A DNA stretch of 62,467 nucleotides, counting the filler, from Globobulimina sp. (Eukaryota): assembly GCA_003354225.1 (NCBI GenBank). It is 25 parts of 25 records of this genome, joined end to end, with 100 filler letters (N's around TTAATTAATTAA, not from the genome) between each part and the next. Parts side by side here need not be neighbours in the genome. Positions count along the whole stretch, not along the records: positions 55,065 to 57,465 come from PIVH01006893.1; positions 57,566 to 59,966 come from PIVH01006894.1; positions 60,067 to 62,467 come from PIVH01006895.1; 22 more parts are not named here. One strand, 5' to 3'. Of the stretch, positions 56,124 to 62,467 are shown in pieces (positions within the stretch are counted from its first letter, which is position 1; each line of letters begins with the position of its first letter). The notes beneath the pieces are model-generated. The model was given only the letters and a program-made list of their open reading frames with translations, was not told the DNA's origin and searched no databases. The translations under genes and the position numbers were made by a program.

Positions 56124-57166
56124 TCAAGTCAAAGTTTTTGGCACTCCAATCATGACTCTTTTCTGCTCGATTTGTTTTGCTTGCGGTTTCTTATTTTTCT
56201 TGTCTTTTCTTTTTATTTGTGGTGGATACGTTTGATTAAAACAAACTTTTGCGATAATTATATGCAAATAATGACACATTGGACAACCTCTATAGATATT
56301 ATCATAAAACTTTGCCATTACAAGAATACAAAATGCATTTATTATCGAATCAAAACATAATGAATAACTCGATGATATATCGATAAATGTAAAAAACATA
56401 ATAAATATTGATGTGGATAGGATTGATACTAATGTTAATACACTATATTTACTCATAATATATGACAATTTTGCATTAAATTCTATCGATACGTTTTGTG
56501 AATTGCTTATTAAGCATTGTCGCATTTTGTAAATAAACAAAAACAAACAGAATAAAGATAAGCAGGTATCAATACTCAAGAAAAATTTACATAACACAAC
56601 ATTGACTTTTGCGGACTGAATGCGAATACATCGCGTCCATGGCTCAGTGTCCAGCGCACCGCCAATAAAGAGAACATCTGAAATAATTAATCCGTGCATT
56701 GTCATAATTACAAATGCGGATAAACTGTTGATTAATATGCATGAATATGCAAATACTGAATCTTTGAATATCACTCTCAATCTTGTTACCAACATGAAAT
56801 ACATAAATCCTTTCGCACAGTGATAAACAGCAAATATCATTTTTTCAATTGTCGGACAAACTGATTCTGGAAATAAACTCCAATTATCTTCCAAAAACAA
56901 AACATATACACAGAAAACAACAAAATAAGATATAAATTGTATACTAAACTCAGACAAATTAATGTTTCTTGAATAGAAAATAAAATCAAAGATATCACAG
57001 ACGATGCATGTAAAATATAATTCCATTTTTTTTTAGCTTTCGGTTGTTTGAAATGACGATAGCAACCAGGTACATACAATACAATAAACGACCATGTTAA
57101 TATCAACCCACATAAGGAAAACACACGATCATTAAGTGCTTGTTGGAAGGAATATTGAGGAGGCAT
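56124..57166 (-). CDS. Multi-pass (about 7 TM, GPCR-like) membrane protein, one intron near 56890-56950
   Basis: Two overlapping ORFs joinable by a GT-AG intron; about seven hydrophobic segments; Cys before TM3 and in the later loop; basic C-tail. Confidence 0.6.
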
Positions 57167-57216
57167 GACATATCAAAAAACTTTTTATTAAATACTAAAA
57201 AAAGATGAAGTAAAGG

Positions 57217-57465
57217 ATGACTGCTTTAACAGATAAAGAATACACATCAGTACGTACATTAACCAGAGACACATTAAAAAACGATGTTCATGTCGACATC
57301 TTGTCCATTGAACGCGTGTTGGTGTTAGAGAAATTAAAGAAAAATAAGGAAAATTATAAAGAGAGATTCTTAGTTATCGTCCGTGCGCCGGGTCGATTAA
57401 TCACCGTAAATTCAAAATTTACGGGCAAGGCCATCACAGAAAACATCCTAATTCTCACCATCAAT
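57217..57465 (+). CDS. N-terminal fragment of an unidentified protein (possible PH-like domain)
   Basis: ATG-started frame open to contig end; KERFLVIV...RLITV. Confidence 0.45.
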
Positions 57466-57565
57466 NNNNNNNNNNNNNNNNNNNNNNNNNNNNNNNNNNN
57501 NNNNNNNNNTTAATTAATTAANNNNNNNNNNNNNNNNNNNNNNNNNNNNNNNNNNNNNNNNNNNN

Positions 57566-58919
57566 AAATTTGAAAGTTCAGGAAATTTTGGGAAATAATA
57601 ATAGCATTAATGTTAGTAATGATGATGATGATGATGCCGGCGGTAATAATAATGCTTTAGGAATTTACAAAAGAATTAAATTAACAAAATCATTGGAAGA
57701 GATATATAAATTATTGGATGAATATGAATTAGAATTTACGGCATTGAGAAAGATTAAATATTGCGATCCGTTGAGATATCCAACAATGTTTCAATTATAT
57801 CCCGCAGCAATTAAACAATGCGCAGTGTTAAATAAAGAGGAAGAAGGATGGGATATATTTAATATTTGTAAAGAAAGAGATATTTTGACTTCTTATATTT
57901 ATTCAATAATGATGTGGTTTTCAATGCATTTTAATCCGACAACATTGGGTTTAAATAAAACATTTGATCTTTTTCATGAAATGTTAAATGAAACGACATT
58001 AATTCCAACAGCGATGATTGATGCCGTATTAATTGATAACTGTTGCAAAATAAATGAATATGAGAAAGCTTATGATGTTTTAAATAAAATAAAAAAAAAC
58101 AAAAATGCAAATATGTTGTTAACATCGCAAACATTATGTGTCAGTATCACTAATTTATACATTAAATCAGATAATGTTGATAATGGATTACATTTTTTAT
58201 TTAATATTTACAAAACATATAAATTCGTTCCAAATTCAATGCAATGTCATTTGTTATTGTCTGCGATTGCAAATAAAATGGATATTAATTTACATAGTCA
58301 ACAAAAAGAAAAATATTTAATTTATGCACAAAAACTATTCGATTATGCATTTCATAAAAACAAAGGGTTCACACCGCCAATATTTGTGTTTACGCCATAC
58401 ATTAATATTTTTGCAAAAAATGGAGATTATAACACTTGTCTTAAACTTCTAAAATGTATGTTAAATAATGATAAATATCCAAATCCAGAGTTAATATCTT
58501 GTTGCACTGCATTGTCATCCTTTATTTATTTGAATAAAAATGAAAACAATAGAATTGACAGTAAATTACAAAAAGCAGTGATTCAAGAAATTATTATAAG
58601 TATTATGGATAAGTTCCAAATTAAACGTAATAAAATATTTTATTTTATTTTAATTCAATTATCGTTACAGCACAATGACATAAATAAATTGTATATGTAT
58701 TACGAAGAAATAGATGACAAAACAGAACAGGATGTTGCAACCATGACAAAGTATGCAATGCAATATTTTCAAAATCTCAAAAGTGAAACTATCGAGTCTC
58801 AAATATCACAATTTAAAGATTGGGCAATTAGTGAATACACAACTTATAACACATTCTCATTGCTAGAAAAAGAAGATAATATTCAGAAATTTGCAAACAT
58901 GCTTAATAACAACTTGTAA
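57566..58919 (+). CDS. Pentatricopeptide-repeat-like protein, 5'-truncated
   Basis: Degenerate 35-aa repeats: YIYSIMM, LFHEMLNE..IP...LIDNCCK..EYEKAYDVL, FTPYINIFAKNGDYNTCLKLLKCM. Confidence 0.7.
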
Positions 58920-58966
58920 TTTAAACTTGTAATTTAATTAAACAAAAACAAAAAAGTTATTAATAA

Positions 58967-59965
58967 TTAAAAGAACTGTACATCAAATGCCCAAAACCAT
59001 GGTGAAAATGGATTGTTGTTTGTCTTGATAGGATATGAATATCCAATCTCTAATCGGCCCACAGGGAATGGAACAATAAAAGAGAGGCCACTGCTTGCAT
59101 TCGAATGATGTATCAATTGATTCATGCAATTGCGAGACATATTTCTTAATAGGTTACAATAGGAGAAATTAAAAAATATATTGCCATATAACCATTCAAA
59201 TATTGGTACAGCCATCGATATGCCACCAGAAAATAAAAAATCACAATGTACAAAATCGTTTCTATCTTTTGGGCCAATTTGAGCGTGTTCAAATCCTCGT
59301 AATTGCAATCCGGCGAAGGGAATGATACGATCAATTATACGGACATGTTGATCCCCATTGAGATTAATATATTTCTTCCATGGCACAACAAAACCAGTTT
59401 GCAGCGCAATGTTTACAACGGATTTAAATGTATTGCCAGTAGCTATGTGATAATAACAGGATAATAAAGTTTTAAAAAAATCAACATCACCTCCAATGCC
59501 TGCAAACTCTGCTTCTGTTTTAATTAAATAACCGGCGGATGGAATTGAATCATGATTTCGAGTGTCTTTGATGAATTTATACTGCAACGACGATTTTGTA
59601 CTCATCATTGTCGATTCGTCGCTGATTGACGCCGACGGCGATGACAATGTATTATTATTATTGTTATTATTATTATTAGTCGGAATTAGTGATCGTAAAT
59701 GAAAATTATATGATAAACAATGTTGTTGATTGTAGGATATTAATGAGGATGTTGTGCCTAATGAATCTTCACGATACGAACTTGACCGCGTTCGGTCTAA
59801 TTTCTGTTGAAATCCTCTTAAGATTAAATTGAATTTATTGTATTTCGTATTATCATATTCAAATAAGTGCAGACGCGGTTTATTAAATGTAATATTATAT
59901 TGATTCGATGTGTTATGTATGGAGGAGGCGCTAAATTCGTTGGTAGTGGCTAGGCCAACATCTGC
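58967..59965 (-). CDS. SAM50: Sam50/Omp85 mitochondrial outer-membrane beta-barrel, 5'-truncated
   Basis: Frame is open to the contig end; KSSL...KDTRNH..IPS.G....EFAGIGGDV.FFK, IIDR, LRGF....IGPKD, FPVGRLEI.YS.P, terminal F. Confidence 0.85.
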   Translation of the reverse strand, partial: ADVGLATTNEFSASSIHNTSNQYNITFNKPRLHLFEYDNTKYNKFNLILRGFQQKLDRTRSSSYREDSLGTTSSLISYNQQHCLSYNFHLRSLIPTNNNNNNNNNTLSSPSASISDESTMMSTKSSLQYKFIKDTRNHDSIPSAGYLIKTEAEFAGIGGDVDFFKTLLSCYYHIATGNTFKSVVNIALQTGFVVPWKKYINLNGDQHVRIIDRIIPFAGLQLRGFEHAQIGPKDRNDFVHCDFLFSGGISMAVPIFEWLYGNIFFNFSYCNLLRNMSRNCMNQLIHHSNASSGLSFIVPFPVGRLEIGYSYPIKTNNNPFSPWFWAFDVQFF

Positions 59966-60272
59966 GNNNNNNNNNNNNNNNNNNNNNNNNNNNNNNNNNN
60001 NNNNNNNNNNTTAATTAATTAANNNNNNNNNNNNNNNNNNNNNNNNNNNNNNNNNNNNNNNNNNNNAGTCAGTCACTTAAATTATCTTTAAATTAAATGA
60101 AACATTCGTCGCTTACACAACGTTCTGCTTTATACATCTTTCTCTGTGAATATGTTTCTATCCTCGCACAACAAAAAAATAATAACAAACATAAAAATTG
60201 CGTACATTTCCGCTTATAATTATTTACATTAATTAATTTATTTTACAACTCATTCAATTCCATATCAAGACA

Positions 60273-62143
60273 TTACAAATATATAAACGAACAAAACAAA
60301 AGACACAATGGATAATAACCAGCAGCTCCATCAACATTGATTGGCTCCGTAACCGCTGGCAACTCGGCATTTGGAAACGGCGGAGTTCCATCATAATCAA
60401 CAGAACATTTTCCATCTCGCTTAAAACTGCCACGACCTGTCCCCCAAATGATATTTGCATCATTTATATCCGTATCCGGTATTTTATACATCACTAAGCC
60501 ACCATTGATAGTCACAAATGTAATTTCTATCAAATCATCGGACGGATCAATATTCCCCACAGTCGGTGCCGTCAACGCTCCATTTTCAGTCATATTCAAT
60601 GCCGAACTCGCTAACAAAGTGCCAGCATACGACAAAATTAACAATTCTCCGTCAACATTGCTGTCCTTTTCAGTCCAAGTAACCACAATAACTTCCGGTA
60701 TGCCATCACCATCCAAATCGACAATGGCCGGTTCCGATGAAAATATGATTGAATCCTCCACAGTCACTGCATATGGCCAATAATATGGTTCCGCTGCAAC
60801 ATTATAAGACACATCCTCTCTGAATTTAGATTTGAATGAAAAGCAATGGATCCTGCCATCATAAGAAGAGAACACAAATTCAGGATATCCATCGTTGTCT
60901 AAATCGCCAATGGCTACATTTGGCTGAATATTTTCTATTTGATTGTAATTCTGCGACAATGGAGAACCTGTCCATTGTGGCGGCCATAGCCAATTTATAT
61001 CATATTGCTCCATCACAACCCGACTGTGGTCAGTGTTATATACAAATATCGAATAATATAACTGCGTATATGGCGACGTACTGCAATCGTCGACATTGCC
61101 TGGTACCACAATGACAGTTTTATTCTTGAATTTAAATGTCGAAACTGGACTGTTTGCGTGATTTGGACGATATGGATCTGGGTCACCGTCGGAACACGGT
61201 CCCCAGCCTTGATATGGAAATGGAATAATTTTATAATGCTGTGCTGCTCACAAAAATATGAGGGAATATAGTTTGACGTACCTTGAACATCATACTGTTC
61301 GTCGATATATACAGATATCTCTCCCCACGTTTTGTTACGTTGCGGTGTCTGATCATGTGTTTTATAGCGAGTATTAGCAGCAATTGCTTCTGCTGCGTAG
61401 TTATATGCACATATATTGATTACATCCGATGGAGCTACAATATCATCCACGCCATCATCGTCCAAGTCAATTATACCAATGTTGTCGTTGAATATGCCGT
61501 GAGATCCGCCATATGTAACATCATTGTTTTGTGGCCAGCCGGGTTGCAATGCGAATGATGTCGGATTGAGATAGCTGTCCAAGGCGTAAACATATAAATT
61601 AATGTCGTTATATGATGCCTGTCCTGCGATGATATACCATCTGGTCGGTAATAACTTATTTATTTGGCCGATAGTAATGCTCCGAAACTCCAATAAATCT
61701 TGAAACGTTTCTGTTTGATTAATGATAATATTTCCAAACGTGTCTAACATTACAATTTGCGCAGAAGATCGTGCAGCAATAATCACATCAATGCCATTGA
61801 AAAACGATTCTTTATAAATTAATCCTGCCCAAATCCGGTTTGTTGAATAAAATTCTTGATTCCATACATCCTCTCCGTTGAATGCATTGACTGCGCGAAT
61901 GGAATAAGCACCGCCAACCACTATGTTTTCGTTGGAGTTTGACGGATTTGGTATATATATTGGTGAGGAATACCATCCAGTTTGACACCATGGTGTGCAT
62001 CCACCGCGTGACCATGATAATTGTGGTGGTGATATCCATGATAATGGATCAAGAGTGCGTTGTACGATCTGTCCTGCGTTATTTGTATATGATAACAATG
62101 TCAATATAACAAAAAGTGACATTGTTGGACTGTGTCCAGTCAT
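60273..62143 (-). CDS. Secreted FG-GAP/VCBS beta-propeller protein with hydrophobic C-terminus, intron 61208-61281
   Basis: Signal peptide; WSRGGCTPWCQTGWYSSP; DLDDDGVDDIV, GDLDNDGYPEFV, DLDGDGIPEVIV; a 74-nt GT-AG intron joins the two ORFs as VQG/WGPCSDG. Confidence 0.85.
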
Positions 62144-62467
62144 CAGTGAAAAAAAGGAGAAAATAATTCATTGCAGTGATCGGCTTTCAACTTTTTGAGT
62201 ATAATATCCTACTTTATTGATAACTGTAATTTTAAAAACTTCAAAGTTAGTCTGAAACTCACACATTTCCACTACATTTCCACCACATTTCTCAACAACT
62301 CATTTATATATTCGCTGACCAGCACTTCCTCCATATTACAGTCCATAAATCAGATAAAATATGGGAAACAAAATTAATGCACGTACTGCACAGAAAACAA
62401 ACGAGCATCAATCAACACGTACGAAGCAAGAAAATGAGCCGCAACAATTATTATACGCATCAGATAG

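Noticed and set aside
1-62467. Operon- or island-like associations between genes on different contigs
   Set aside because: Contigs are concatenated by length, so cross-spacer neighbourhood carries no information.

Overview
This window is not one locus. It is 25 unrelated contigs of about 2.4 kb, ordered by decreasing length (2405 to 2401 nt) and joined by artificial 100-nt spacers (N-run, TTAATTAATTAA, N-run), so adjacency across spacers means nothing. Most contigs are AT-rich, gene-dense eukaryotic genomic DNA with short (about 50-120 nt) GT-AG introns. A strongly divergent alpha-tubulin of the retarian alpha2 type, HLD-type kinases and PT-repeat surface proteins point to a foraminiferan or related rhizarian source (inference). 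Recognisable genes include PP2A B56, CAND1, QTRT1, Sua5, Sam50, MON2, an MFS transporter, a CE4 deacetylase, GH43, a KCTD-type BTB protein and a SHIPPO-repeat protein. Several contigs look chimeric. The two most interesting items are (1) an intron-containing ammonium transporter (Amt) spliced in frame to a C-terminal RGS domain (37556-39957), a candidate ammonium transceptor wired to G-protein signalling, and (2) a foreign-looking, very compact contig (45061-47461) carrying a divergent, apparently tailless histone H3, an intron-containing NADAR gene, a Bcl-2 homologue without a membrane anchor and an orphan ORF, resembling a host-manipulation cluster of a nuclear DNA virus. Also notable are repeated head-to-head gene pairs with only 35-70 bp between start codons, a CDC48 N-domain/SAM fusion lacking an adjacent ATPase, and the 5' end of an LTR retrotransposon. 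All family assignments are by eye from motifs; no searches were run.
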